This document shows, piece after piece, positions 38,421 to 48,214 of a stretch of 64,000 bases of DNA. A model generated the notes under the pieces. The model did not search any database, was not told the origin of the DNA, and saw only the letters and a program-made list of their open reading frames with translations. Source of the stretch: a virus. Lineage: Duplodnaviria > Caudoviricetes. A program made the translations under genes and the position numbers. Location: IMG/VR virus record IMGVR_UViG_3300037067_008333, positions 23,925 through 87,924 of that record; one strand, given 5' to 3'. How positions within the stretch are numbered: position 1 is the stretch's first letter; every line of letters starts with the position of its first letter.

Positions 38421-41184
38421 GTTTTAAATCTCCAATGTCAGGTGGATTTTTCCAATATTCGATGAGTTTATAATTATTTGGATTATAATAAAGTATAGGA
38501 GTATAAGGATCTCCTTTAATCATTTCATTATACCACTGTGCGACAAAATATGGACGATCATTCAATGCATCATGGATATTTACATTACCACGAGTAACAC
38601 CAGCCAAGTGATAAACAATAGATTTAGGTTGATAAATAACTTTATAACCCATTCGTCTTACTTTCATACAAAGATCAACATCCTGAAATTCGATAATATA
38701 TTTTTCATCGAATTTACCGACTTTTTCAAAAATATCACGTTTTATCATAAGGCATGCTCCGGTTACAGCTGAAACTTCCCGGGCATAATTAGCAGGTTTG
38801 TAATTAAAAGGTTTACCGATATAGAGATGCCCAGCTAGTCCATTATTTCCCACCATAACACCTGCATGTTGAATGGTTTTATTGGGGAAAAGAAGTTTTG
38901 ATCCTACAATACCAACTTTTTCATCCTGAAGGACCTTCAACATTTCACTAAGCCATGTTGGATTAACAAGTGTATCATTGTTTAGGAAAAGCAACGTGTT
39001 ATATTTAGCATATTTAAGGATCATATTGTTTGCTATTGAGAAATTGAACGTTGCAAGATTTGACTTAAATATTTGAATATTTTTATGTGATTTAATTCGT
39101 TCATAATAAGCAAGAACATTTCTATCTGTACTTCCTGTATCATGGATTAAAATTTCGAATATACCATTTGTATATTTAAGTATGCTCTCTACACATTTTA
39201 TTATAAGTTCAGGTTTGTCTTTTGTACAAATGATTATACTTACCGGTTCTTTTGGTTCTTTATTTGTATATTTCCATTCATTAAGCTGTGGAATATATGG
39301 GATCTTATCTCCAGTTGTTGTAATGGGTATAGAATCAAAGAGATTAATCCATTGTTTTTTTACTACATTGAAGTCAAAACGTTGTACGGATTTCCGGGAT
39401 TCCCGGCGAAGATGTTCAATCTTGTTATCATATACCATTTGATAACAATCAATTAAATCTTCGATTTTTGGTATAGCACGTTTCACATTCGTAATGATAT
39501 CTATATAATACGCAATGGGTTTGAGTTTAAGTGTTCCCTTATCAAATTGAGAAAGCTCCGAATAATCTGTAATGATAACCGGAATACCTGCAGCCAAGGC
39601 CTGGCAATTATGAACGGTTGCTACACCATTAACAAGAAAGCTATGATCATTTTCAACGGTAAGATTGTAAACGAAACCGTTATACCTATATACTCGCGTA
39701 GACTTGATGGGTGTAGTGATATACGTGACTCTGTGTTCAATGCCAGCGTAGTGTGAATACTTCGTTTTGTATTTTTGTGGTAGAATTTTTATAGCCCATT
39801 TATTATTTATATCATAAACTGAATTGTAAATGGGATGTTCATTGTTAATAAGGATGTCACGATATTTGAAAATAAGATTCTTATCATCACTGTAGAATGC
39901 TCTTTTCTCCAATAAGATTTTCTTTATAGTTTCATCTATAGGTTCGCGTATGATTGGATACTTTAGCAAATCTCCTGCTCTAAGATCAAGAGCTTTGTGC
40001 CCAAAATACCGGAATGGCTCCTTGGTATTTCCTTTGATTGCCATGATCTTTTCAAGAATAGTGGTTGAAAAAGCCGGTGCAGATACAGGGGTGATCTTTA
40101 CCATCTTACCTTTATATGGTATCTTGCTAACTGATATAACTTTTTGATAACGTCCTTTGTGGGTAGCCACTTCCATTCCAGTCTTTACATTTTCAATATT
40201 AAGATAACCAGTCTTAGTCTTTACAAGAGTTCCGGGTGCATAACATGTTGTTTGACCGAATCCTTCTCCCAGCGATGGTGCTACAACACATGTGCATGCA
40301 TTATAAAGTTCATTGAGTTCTTCTTTGGGAACACCCCTTCCAACTTTAAGTTTGCGATTAAGAATAATTTTATCAGTTATACCGAGATCTTCTAGCATTT
40401 GCTCTATATTCCAGCCATCTCTGTCTTTCAGGGCTGTGTGGATATAGAAATATACATTATCGGGGCGATTTGGCCACTTTGCGAACGCTTCAAGGGCATA
40501 TGGAAGGCCCTTGCGATCGTTTTGCCTGCTAAAAAACCCCAATACAACATCATCAGGATTAAGATTCCAGTGTTTCTTTTTGAGTTCCGCGGCTGTTGAT
40601 ACCGGTTTGAATGTTTGCATGTCAATTCCATTGGGTATCACAGGCCACTCTTTTATATCATCAATATTAATGTTATTATATCTTGGAGTCTTTTTAATGT
40701 GGCTCATTATACGTTTTATGGTATTTTCTTTACCAAATTGTCCCGCAAATATTACCTTGTGATTACGCAGCAATACTTCGGGCCAATTAAATGTTTGTTT
40801 ATCTGCACCCCAGGTGTCTTCTGGAATAGGAGCCCCTTCAACGTGGAAATAATAGAGCGACGGAATGAGATTATTCATGAAGTGTTGAGCGTGCCATATA
40901 TCCGTGATTATCAACACCAACGTAGGATTGAATTCGGAGAGAATATCAAAATATTTACCGTTGGCATAATTAGCAAATGGAGGTTTACATGAATATACTT
41001 TCCATGGAATAGTATGATCTCCAAAACTGACTATGTTTTCATTTGGACGTTTATCCCACAAACCCACATTAGCTATGGGATAACCCGAATCGTAACATGC
41101 TTTACTTATTTCTCTAACTAATAATGAAAATCCAGTATCTAAATACGGACTATCACCTACTACTAATACTCTGTGTTTATCCAT
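38413..41184 (-). CDS. GT4-GT2 fusion glycosyltransferase containing a mini-intein
   Basis: GT4 (TGF, PNGID, RK, EGFG...ALAAGIPVI) interrupted by an intein, followed by a C-terminal GT2 domain. Confidence 0.85.
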   Translation of the reverse strand: MDKHRVLVVGDSPYLDTGFSLLVREISKACYDSGYPIANVGLWDKRPNENIVSFGDHTIPWKVYSCKPPFANYANGKYFDILSEFNPTLVLIITDIWHAQHFMNNLIPSLYYFHVEGAPIPEDTWGADKQTFNWPEVLLRNHKVIFAGQFGKENTIKRIMSHIKKTPRYNNINIDDIKEWPVIPNGIDMQTFKPVSTAAELKKKHWNLNPDDVVLGFFSRQNDRKGLPYALEAFAKWPNRPDNVYFYIHTALKDRDGWNIEQMLEDLGITDKIILNRKLKVGRGVPKEELNELYNACTCVVAPSLGEGFGQTTCYAPGTLVKTKTGYLNIENVKTGMEVATHKGRYQKVISVSKIPYKGKMVKITPVSAPAFSTTILEKIMAIKGNTKEPFRYFGHKALDLRAGDLLKYPIIREPIDETIKKILLEKRAFYSDDKNLIFKYRDILINNEHPIYNSVYDINNKWAIKILPQKYKTKYSHYAGIEHRVTYITTPIKSTRVYRYNGFVYNLTVENDHSFLVNGVATVHNCQALAAGIPVIITDYSELSQFDKGTLKLKPIAYYIDIITNVKRAIPKIEDLIDCYQMVYDNKIEHLRRESRKSVQRFDFNVVKKQWINLFDSIPITTTGDKIPYIPQLNEWKYTNKEPKEPVSIIICTKDKPELIIKCVESILKYTNGIFEILIHDTGSTDRNVLAYYERIKSHKNIQIFKSNLATFNFSIANNMILKYAKYNTLLFLNNDTLVNPTWLSEMLKVLQDEKVGIVGSKLLFPNKTIQHAGVMVGNNGLAGHLYIGKPFNYKPANYAREVSAVTGACLMIKRDIFEKVGKFDEKYIIEFQDVDLCMKVRRMGYKVIYQPKSIVYHLAGVTRGNVNIHDALNDRPYFVAQWYNEMIKGDPYTPILYYNPNNYKLIEYWKNPPDIGDLKHG
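39607..40245 (-). mobile_element. Mini-intein (213 aa) in the GT4 domain
   Basis: Begins CYAPGTLV, ends VYNLTVENDHSFLVNGVATVHN, +1 residue Cys. No clear LAGLIDADG motif. Confidence 0.85.
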
Positions 41185-41374
41185 GTAATTTCCTCTTTCT
41201 TTTAGATTTTATTTTAGGATTGTATACTTCTAACACGTGTTTACCGCATTTTGGACAATGGATATTTCTCAGTCTTTCACTTATAGTATCATTATTATCT
41301 AATATCACTATTAAATTTGTTATTTCGCAAAATTGACACCATACAAAAACATGATTTGGTTTTTTCTTTCCCAT
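41177..41374 (-). CDS. Small zinc-ribbon protein
   Basis: C..C ... CPKCG. Confidence 0.55.
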   Translation of the reverse strand: MGKKKPNHVFVWCQFCEITNLIVILDNNDTISERLRNIHCPKCGKHVLEVYNPKIKSKRKRKLHG

Positions 41375-41382
41375 GATATCCT

Positions 41383-43170
41383 TTACATATTTTGTCTAAT
41401 AAGTTCAAATTCCCTGAGATCCTCATATCTTATTTCTTCTATCGTATCATTGAAAAGGTCACTTTTCTTATCTAGGATTTGACACATCCGTTCTTCATAA
41501 GTATCTTTCGTCAACAAAGTTATCGTTTCAATGGATTTCTTTTGTGTCATTCGCTCAATGCGGCCGGCCAACTGTTCCATGACTTTGGGGTTGAACTCGG
41601 GATTCATAAAGATGAAGAAGTTGGCTATCTCCAGATTCAATCCTTCCGTGCCTACTTTTGTCATAAGAAATATATGCCTATCCGATCTATTGAACTCATC
41701 CTTAAGATGTTTGAGGTCATCTGAATTATCACCACTCATGTATACAACACCGTATTTGTAAAGAGCGGTTCGGATCGCTTCACACATTTCCTTATAAAAA
41801 CAATAAACAATAACCTTATTTCCATCACGAACAATATCATTCACGATTTCTTTGAGCAGTTCCAACTTGGCGCTGTGGACTTTGGTCTTATCTATCAAGT
41901 GCGTGGATAAACATGCTTGACGAAGATATTGGATAAGTGAAAGAACCTCAGCTTTTTTAATACGAATTTCTTTTTGTGGATCACTTTCAATCTTGACAAT
42001 TTGATCCTTGATGTTATCATACATCACACGCTGGTCCGCAGTAAGGTCAACCCACCGTCTTACTTCACTTTTTGGCGGAAGCCATTTAGCAACATCAGAC
42101 CGTGTTCTACGAAGAATATAAGGAGCAATTTTCTTTCTGAAATCAGGTAGATTCTTTTCTCCGACAATCTGTTTATCTTGCCATCCACCTTTTACCAGAT
42201 GCTCTGCTTCAAAGTTACGATATGATCCGAGAATACATTTATCGAGAGCATCGAAAAGTACGAATAATTCATCCAGTTTATTCTGTAATGGAGTAGCGGT
42301 CATGTAATAAACAGCTGGAATAACGCGACTGAGTCTCTGAAGAAGTTTCCTACGAGCTGTACCTCTACCGGTGCACCTGTGGGCCTCATCCACAATGAGG
42401 ATATCGAACTCCTTCATCCATTTCATAGTTGTCCTGGCTTTTTTCTTATATTCTTTTATTTTCTCCTTTGTTAATTTTTGGGCTTCTTGAGTAGCCAGAA
42501 CCTTCTGTGCTGTAGTCATTCCAGGTATGAATTTAGGCTTAACCTTTATAACCTTATGAAGACCAAGATCACTTACCAATGTATCAAAAGTCGTGATATT
42601 AAAGAGCATCTTATTTGTATAATCTCGACTCTTGTCTAAACGCTGAACAGTAAAATCAGTATTCGTATGAATAAATGTATCCCACTCATCGATAACTGAT
42701 CCTGGAGATAAGATGAGAGCTTTCAGATTAGGGTTGGTTGCTCTTTGATGGAGAACGGCTCCAGTAGCATCAATCGTCTTTCCTAGGCCCACACTATCAG
42801 CCAGTATAACGCGCTTACCATTTGTCAGGAAACGGATCGCGGTGTTTTGAAATGTATAAGGAACAATTTTCCATGTAGGAATGACCAATGGTTCTTCGCT
42901 GTAATCTTTCTTGATTGTTGTCATTATATCATGGTGGTTCCTGGCTTCCTGAATACAATCAAATAAATCAGAATTTATCTTAATAGTATTATCAATTTGA
43001 TTTAAACGAGGAACAAGATCATCGTAGACAATAAGATCAAGTAACCATTGTTTATGATCACCATCGTATACTCTACCGGGATACGATTTAACCAGTTGAC
43101 ATATTTCATTAAATTTATTACCTTGAAACTTTACACTAAGTTTCTTTTTAAAGTATCCTAGCTCAATCAT
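41383..43170 (-). CDS. SNF2-family (SF2) helicase/ATPase
   Basis: LADSVGLGKT, IVDEAH, TATPLQN, LRR, EGLNL, Q..GRI.R. Confidence 0.9.
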   Translation of the reverse strand: MIELGYFKKKLSVKFQGNKFNEICQLVKSYPGRVYDGDHKQWLLDLIVYDDLVPRLNQIDNTIKINSDLFDCIQEARNHHDIMTTIKKDYSEEPLVIPTWKIVPYTFQNTAIRFLTNGKRVILADSVGLGKTIDATGAVLHQRATNPNLKALILSPGSVIDEWDTFIHTNTDFTVQRLDKSRDYTNKMLFNITTFDTLVSDLGLHKVIKVKPKFIPGMTTAQKVLATQEAQKLTKEKIKEYKKKARTTMKWMKEFDILIVDEAHRCTGRGTARRKLLQRLSRVIPAVYYMTATPLQNKLDELFVLFDALDKCILGSYRNFEAEHLVKGGWQDKQIVGEKNLPDFRKKIAPYILRRTRSDVAKWLPPKSEVRRWVDLTADQRVMYDNIKDQIVKIESDPQKEIRIKKAEVLSLIQYLRQACLSTHLIDKTKVHSAKLELLKEIVNDIVRDGNKVIVYCFYKEMCEAIRTALYKYGVVYMSGDNSDDLKHLKDEFNRSDRHIFLMTKVGTEGLNLEIANFFIFMNPEFNPKVMEQLAGRIERMTQKKSIETITLLTKDTYEERMCQILDKKSDLFNDTIEEIRYEDLREFELIRQNM

Positions 43171-43172
43171 AT

Positions 43173-43298
43173 CTATTTCTTTTCTTTCTCCTTGAGTTTA
43201 GCAAGGATTTTATTAAGTTCTTCCTTAGTAACGTTTTGTTTATTTTCTTTTTGAGTTTTTTTTACTCTATAGTTTATTGGATTAATATATTTACGCAT
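43173..43298 (-). CDS. Small basic protein (41 aa; not in ORF track)
   Basis: Hand-translated MRKYINPINY...KLKEKEKK*, exactly fills the gap. Confidence 0.4.
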   Translation of the reverse strand: MRKYINPINYRVKKTQKENKQNVTKEELNKILAKLKEKEKK

Positions 43299-43518
43299 GT
43301 TTTATCTCACATTTTATTGTACTGTACGTTTTCTTCAAAATTTTACGCACAGATTCATAAGATATTTGAAGAAGAGATCCTATTTTGTGAAGTGTTAATC
43401 TCTGATCTATATACATATGTAAGATTAACGTTTCATTTATAGGAACTAACTTTAAATTTTGCATAGTTTTTATGCGTGCTTCGTATATCATATCAGTTGT
43501 TATCTTTTTTCGTTTCAT
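43291..43518 (-). CDS. Small sigma-region-4-like HTH protein
   Basis: LTLHKIGSLLQISYESVRKI. Confidence 0.6.
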   Translation of the reverse strand: MKRKKITTDMIYEARIKTMQNLKLVPINETLILHMYIDQRLTLHKIGSLLQISYESVRKILKKTYSTIKCEIKHA

Positions 43519-44173
43519 ATGTACACTGAGATTTCAAAATACACATATTACAATTATACGATGTATTAAGAATTTTCCTAGTCTTTGAAAATAACTCTTC
43601 CATTCTCTTACCTGCATCTTTAACTGTGTAACTAATATTGTTAGTGATGTTGTAGACTATAATATCGAAATTCAATTCTTTGAAATCATAATAAAATGCT
43701 ACGGATAAAAGTCCAGGTAAAATATTATGATAGCAATCATTATTAGTCTCTTCATCATCCATCATGAAGTATATCACATTATACTTATTCTCTTCCTTTA
43801 TTACGAGGTCAAGATATCCGTTTATCTTTATACCAAAAATATCCATATCTATGGGATTACTGATACATTTTATATCCATTGGTCGATCGTACATAGTCAT
43901 CAGATTATTTATATATGATGTGAAACGCCCATGAATATAACTATCTTTATAGTTACTGGAAACTAATTCACCCCATTTCTTTTTTATTCGTTCTGTAGAA
44001 ATATGACTACCACGTAATTTCTTATAGAAGAAATGATTAGTTAAAACATGAAAACGGTCCCGGATATAAAAATAATCCGCGTAGTCCTTGCGAATATTAT
44101 CCAGAATGTAAGGACATTTTTCTTGAAATGTTAGATATCGAAGATCTAATGTATAATTACAAAGTGGTTTCAT
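43493..44173 (-). CDS. Divergent PD-(D/E)XK / RecB-like nuclease-fold protein
   Basis: INGYLDLV and C-terminal CNMC....C. Confidence 0.45.
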   Translation of the reverse strand: MKPLCNYTLDLRYLTFQEKCPYILDNIRKDYADYFYIRDRFHVLTNHFFYKKLRGSHISTERIKKKWGELVSSNYKDSYIHGRFTSYINNLMTMYDRPMDIKCISNPIDMDIFGIKINGYLDLVIKEENKYNVIYFMMDDEETNNDCYHNILPGLLSVAFYYDFKELNFDIIVYNITNNISYTVKDAGKRMEELFSKTRKILNTSYNCNMCILKSQCTYETKKDNN

Positions 44174-44176
44174 TAT

Positions 44177-44464
44177 TTACTTGTATTGACCTCGTTTACA
44201 AACATTACAATTATTTCTAAACTCAATTTTATCCATAGTACTATTGGTTTTTAATTCAAATGATTTATTATTTTTAAAGAGAAAATGTATAAAATTTGGA
44301 TCAAGTTCAATTGTAATATATGTATTTTCTCCTGCAACATAATAATTAATAATTTTTCCAATAACTTTATTATTACTAAATATTGGAAATCCAACTATAT
44401 CTTGAGATTGAATCACATGAGTAAATTCAACTGAATCCATATCAATTGTAATACGTATGGACAT
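44177..44464 (-). CDS. Hypothetical protein
   Basis: 95-aa ORF, RBS GGAGG. Confidence 0.45.
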   Translation of the reverse strand: MSIRITIDMDSVEFTHVIQSQDIVGFPIFSNNKVIGKIINYYVAGENTYITIELDPNFIHFLFKNNKSFELKTNSTMDKIEFRNNCNVCKRGQYK

Positions 44465-44476
44465 GTAATTCCCTCC

Positions 44477-47400
44477 TTACTCACAACGTGAGTAGCCACA
44501 AGAACTGCAGCTTATACATCCACCAGTGCGAATGAGTTTGCCGCCGCATTCAGGGCAATCTGGACACTCATCTATTACACCTCCTTCAATTTTTGTTGTT
44601 TCACTGGTTTCGCTTAAATAGTCTTCGAGAGCTTTTGCCACTGCATCGGGACAAGAAAGAACAATTCCTCCTTCACCAAATCCTGGTTTAGAACACCGAA
44701 TACCTTTTATTCTTTTAATAATACGTGGAATAGGTATCCTAAATTGCAAACAAAGACTGGTTAGTTTAGCCAACACCTCACACTGTGAAGTAACACAACC
44801 ACCTGCTTCACCGAATGATATAAGACATTCGTATGGCACGTTTTCCTGGCTATTAATTGTCACATACATCTTGCCACATCCGGTAACAATATCAAATGTA
44901 TCTCCCTTTCTGACACGGGATTTCTTGCGGATAGGTTGGGGTGTTGCTAGTGTAACTGTTTCTTTTTTCTCTAGATTCAAAACTTGCATTTGCCTTGAAT
45001 TGTTACGATATACTGTGAGACCTTTACATCCTATCTTGTGAGCAAAGATGTAAGCATTGGCTACATCTTCACGAGTAGAGTGTTCAGGCATGTTTATTGT
45101 TTTACTAATTGAATTTTCAACATATTTCTGAAACGCTGCTTGCATCCGGATATGCATGCTTGGACTAATATCATGAGATGTGCGGAATAGACGTTTGACT
45201 TGATCGGGAAATTTACTAATGTGTTGAATTGATCCTTCTTTGCGAATAAGTGCAATATCATCTATAGTAAGGCCATGTTTTACAATGTAAGGTTCAAAAT
45301 ATTTATTAAACTCATTCATGACCACATTGCCACCAAGAACATTTTCCCGGGTAAATATTAATGCAAAATTAGGTTCAATACCACCGGAAGCATCAGCAAT
45401 GACTCCGGTAGTACCAGTAGGAGCTACAGTGGTCAATGTAGCATTTCTACGTGGAAGCTTGTTATTTACAAATGAGCTCTTAGACCAGTTAGGGAAAGGT
45501 CCGCGGACTTTGGCAAGATCGATGCTTTCAAGTTCAGCATTATCATTAATGAATTTCATAACTTTTTCACTAAGCTCGAGTGCTTCTTCTGAATCATATT
45601 GGATGCCAAGTTGAATGAGCATGTCAGCCCAACCCATGACACCCAGGCCCATCTTCCTGCTTGATTTCGTCATCTTCTCAATTTCAGGGATAGGATACTT
45701 GTTCATATCAATGACGTTATCAAGAAAGTGAACACCAAGTATGGATAATTCACGAAGACGTTCCCAGTTTACTTGTTTCTGTGGTGTTACCAGTTTACTC
45801 AGATTGATTGCACCGAGCACACAACTTTCAAATGGTAACAACGGAATTTCGCCGCACTGACCTATAACAACACTGCCGAACATACCCTTATGTCGTTTCG
45901 GTTCAGTGAAACAGTATACTGTTTCAGCATTCGAACGTTTCTCAACACTCGTAACCGTAATGAACCGTTTTGCCACTCTTGTCGGTTTATAGGAAACATT
46001 CACACGATGCGGTTTCAGCCCAAGTTCAACAAGCTTTGTCATATCAGATCCAGAGACGGTGAGTCTCCAGGCATCTTTGCACTCGTATTCCTTTTTTCCT
46101 TGCTTTCCATCAGGCATCTGTTTCACGCAAGATGCTTTACCAAGAGCCAGAGTCGCACCTATTCCGAGAGTATGGAGCATACGTTTCACGGAAACGAGGA
46201 ATTCACGGTCTACCGACCATATCGAATATCCACCGGATCCGCATGGTCCGCCATCGGTGTCAAGAAGTCCGGCAAACCATTCGAGGCGAGTTTCGATTGT
46301 GTATTCGGGTCCAGGTACAAATACCTTATTCCATTTACCCTCGGAGTTGTCGAGTGTAAGATATATTTTGTAACCGTCTTCGTTTCCGTATGATTTATAC
46401 ATTAGATGTGGGAGAAGTTTCTTCTTTTCACCATAGAGTGATATCATGTTACGGTCGCTGCGTCCGTTCTCACTGGAGATGTAACCGTCTCCGGCAAACA
46501 CACCTCGTGTATACGATTCTTTCGAACGTAATTTTTTCTTACCTTCAACGACAGGGTAAGAGAACGCTTCGAGTTTCATGCCTTTCTTCAGATCTTTTGC
46601 TTCGATCTTCTTGACTTTAGGACGACGACTATCAGTTCCTTCGTCGATATGGAATGCATGATATGGAGTACAGTCAACATGATCTCCATCAGAGAACGTA
46701 ACACGAAGAATTTTTTGATTCTTACCTGTAACCTGAGGAGTGACTTTACTCCATTCTTCACCATTCCATACATTTACCGTATTTCCCGCAAGATCAGAAA
46801 TACACTCATATCCTCTATCAGTCATTATTTCTGTATCACCGGTGACGCATGGATTTGTGCCTTCGATTCTTCCTATACTCAGAAGAGGATTATGCTTATT
46901 GATTGTGTCAATGAAAAGAATCCCGGGCTCTCCGTTTTTCCAAGCATGATCTACAATGACATCAAAAACTTCTTTAGCTGATATGGATTTGACTACGTTT
47001 CCATTGCGCGGATTGATGAGATTATAGTTGCCATTCTTCACAACAGCATCCATAAAAACATCGGTAATGCCTACGGAAATATTGAAATTAGCAATACTTC
47101 CTTCTTTATCTTTACATACGATAAAGTTAAGGATATCCGGGTGATCTACGCGAAGACAACCCATGTTAGCCCCACGACGCCGGCCACCCTGTTTAACGGT
47201 TTCCGTTGCTGCATCGAATGCTCTCATGAATGAGATAGGACCAGAAGATACTCCTGATGTTGATTTTACCATATCTCCAGCGGGACGTAACCGTGAAAAC
47301 GAAAAACCGGTGCCGCCGCCTGATTTATGTATAATCATCATGTTCTTAATTGCTTCTCCAATAGAAGCCATGTCATCTTCTACTGGAAGCAAAAAACAAG

Positions 47401-47662
47401 CAAAGAGCTGGTTGAGAGGATTTCCGGCATTCATGAGTGTTGGTGAACTTGGAACAAATTCAAGTGCATCCATAGCCATATAGAATTCTTCTTCAAGTTT
47501 TTTTATATCATCCTCTGTGGCACCATAGGGTAAATCACCCTGGGATACGTATTTTGCAACGCGGCGAATCATGTCCTCAGGAGTCTCTATGATATTTCCT
47601 TGAGCGTTCTTATTCAAATACCGTCTGTTCAATGTCATAATAGCATTTTCACTAAGCTTCAT
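44477..47662 (-). CDS. nrdJ: Class II (adenosylcobalamin-dependent) ribonucleotide reductase with intein
   Basis: PSSPTLMN, ACF, GGGTG, RRGANMG, TNP-[intein]-CGE, ESCVLG, APTGT, C-terminal TSCPD-like region and Zn ribbon. Confidence 0.92.
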   Translation of the reverse strand: MKLSENAIMTLNRRYLNKNAQGNIIETPEDMIRRVAKYVSQGDLPYGATEDDIKKLEEEFYMAMDALEFVPSSPTLMNAGNPLNQLFACFLLPVEDDMASIGEAIKNMMIIHKSGGGTGFSFSRLRPAGDMVKSTSGVSSGPISFMRAFDAATETVKQGGRRRGANMGCLRVDHPDILNFIVCKDKEGSIANFNISVGITDVFMDAVVKNGNYNLINPRNGNVVKSISAKEVFDVIVDHAWKNGEPGILFIDTINKHNPLLSIGRIEGTNPCVTGDTEIMTDRGYECISDLAGNTVNVWNGEEWSKVTPQVTGKNQKILRVTFSDGDHVDCTPYHAFHIDEGTDSRRPKVKKIEAKDLKKGMKLEAFSYPVVEGKKKLRSKESYTRGVFAGDGYISSENGRSDRNMISLYGEKKKLLPHLMYKSYGNEDGYKIYLTLDNSEGKWNKVFVPGPEYTIETRLEWFAGLLDTDGGPCGSGGYSIWSVDREFLVSVKRMLHTLGIGATLALGKASCVKQMPDGKQGKKEYECKDAWRLTVSGSDMTKLVELGLKPHRVNVSYKPTRVAKRFITVTSVEKRSNAETVYCFTEPKRHKGMFGSVVIGQCGEIPLLPFESCVLGAINLSKLVTPQKQVNWERLRELSILGVHFLDNVIDMNKYPIPEIEKMTKSSRKMGLGVMGWADMLIQLGIQYDSEEALELSEKVMKFINDNAELESIDLAKVRGPFPNWSKSSFVNNKLPRRNATLTTVAPTGTTGVIADASGGIEPNFALIFTRENVLGGNVVMNEFNKYFEPYIVKHGLTIDDIALIRKEGSIQHISKFPDQVKRLFRTSHDISPSMHIRMQAAFQKYVENSISKTINMPEHSTREDVANAYIFAHKIGCKGLTVYRNNSRQMQVLNLEKKETVTLATPQPIRKKSRVRKGDTFDIVTGCGKMYVTINSQENVPYECLISFGEAGGCVTSQCEVLAKLTSLCLQFRIPIPRIIKRIKGIRCSKPGFGEGGIVLSCPDAVAKALEDYLSETSETTKIEGGVIDECPDCPECGGKLIRTGGCISCSSCGYSRCE
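45857..46849 (-). mobile_element. Full-length LAGLIDADG intein (331 aa) in RNR, Gln C-terminus
   Basis: CVTGDT start, block B TPYH, GVFAGDG and AGLLDTDG motifs, ends VVIGQ. +1 residue is the catalytic Cys. Confidence 0.92.
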
Positions 47663-47871
47663 TAAATGTTCTCCTTGTCTTTAATCTCTGTATTGGATGA
47701 CCAATAAATATTTCCAGATCCATTTACAACAACATATCCTCTTCCGTCACAACTCCTGCATTTTTCTGGTACAATGGAAGTAGAAATCCATTCACCGTTA
47801 GTAGTATCATAAAATCCATGTGGCACGGTACCTCGTCCTTCACATACCGGACATTTTTCTACATGAGTCAT
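47662..47871 (-). CDS. DnaJ-type zinc-finger small protein
   Basis: CPVCEGRG and CRSCDGRG. Likely start MTHVEK at 47871. Confidence 0.65.
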   Translation of the reverse strand: MTHVEKCPVCEGRGTVPHGFYDTTNGEWISTSIVPEKCRSCDGRGYVVVNGSGNIYWSSNTEIKDKENI

Positions 47872-47881
47872 GTAATCACCT

Positions 47882-48214
47882 CTATTTTCTTGCTTTAGGA
47901 AGCATTGTATGAAAGAAATCCCGTACAGCTCTCCAAGCTGCTCGCTCAATTCGTTCACACAACTGTTCTTCATGTTTATTTGTATATTTCCCTGTTAATT
48001 GTATTACTTTTGTATCTTTGTTTGGTTTTTCTAGTATTTCCCCAGCGAAAAATTTGTCTACTACATAGTGAGTAAACTCATGGTAGAGAGTTTCTATTGT
48101 TTCTTTTTGAGAAAGATCATTTTGAATTTCAATTAAGTTCTTACCCGTATAATAAAATCCACGATAGTTCTTTTTAAGTTTTTTAAAATTGATCCTTAGT
48201 TTCTGATTTTTCAT
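47882..48214 (-). CDS. Small HExxH metallopeptidase-like protein
   Basis: TLYHEFTH plus downstream E..C. Confidence 0.6.
   Translation of the reverse strand: MKNQKLRINFKKLKKNYRGFYYTGKNLIEIQNDLSQKETIETLYHEFTHYVVDKFFAGEILEKPNKDTKVIQLTGKYTNKHEEQLCERIERAAWRAVRDFFHTMLPKARK

Noticed and set aside
20777-41184. Host LPS or capsule locus, or an assembly chimera
   Set aside because: The island is overlap-coupled to phage-type genes at both ends on the same strand and lacks export and initiating genes. It cannot be fully excluded without reads.
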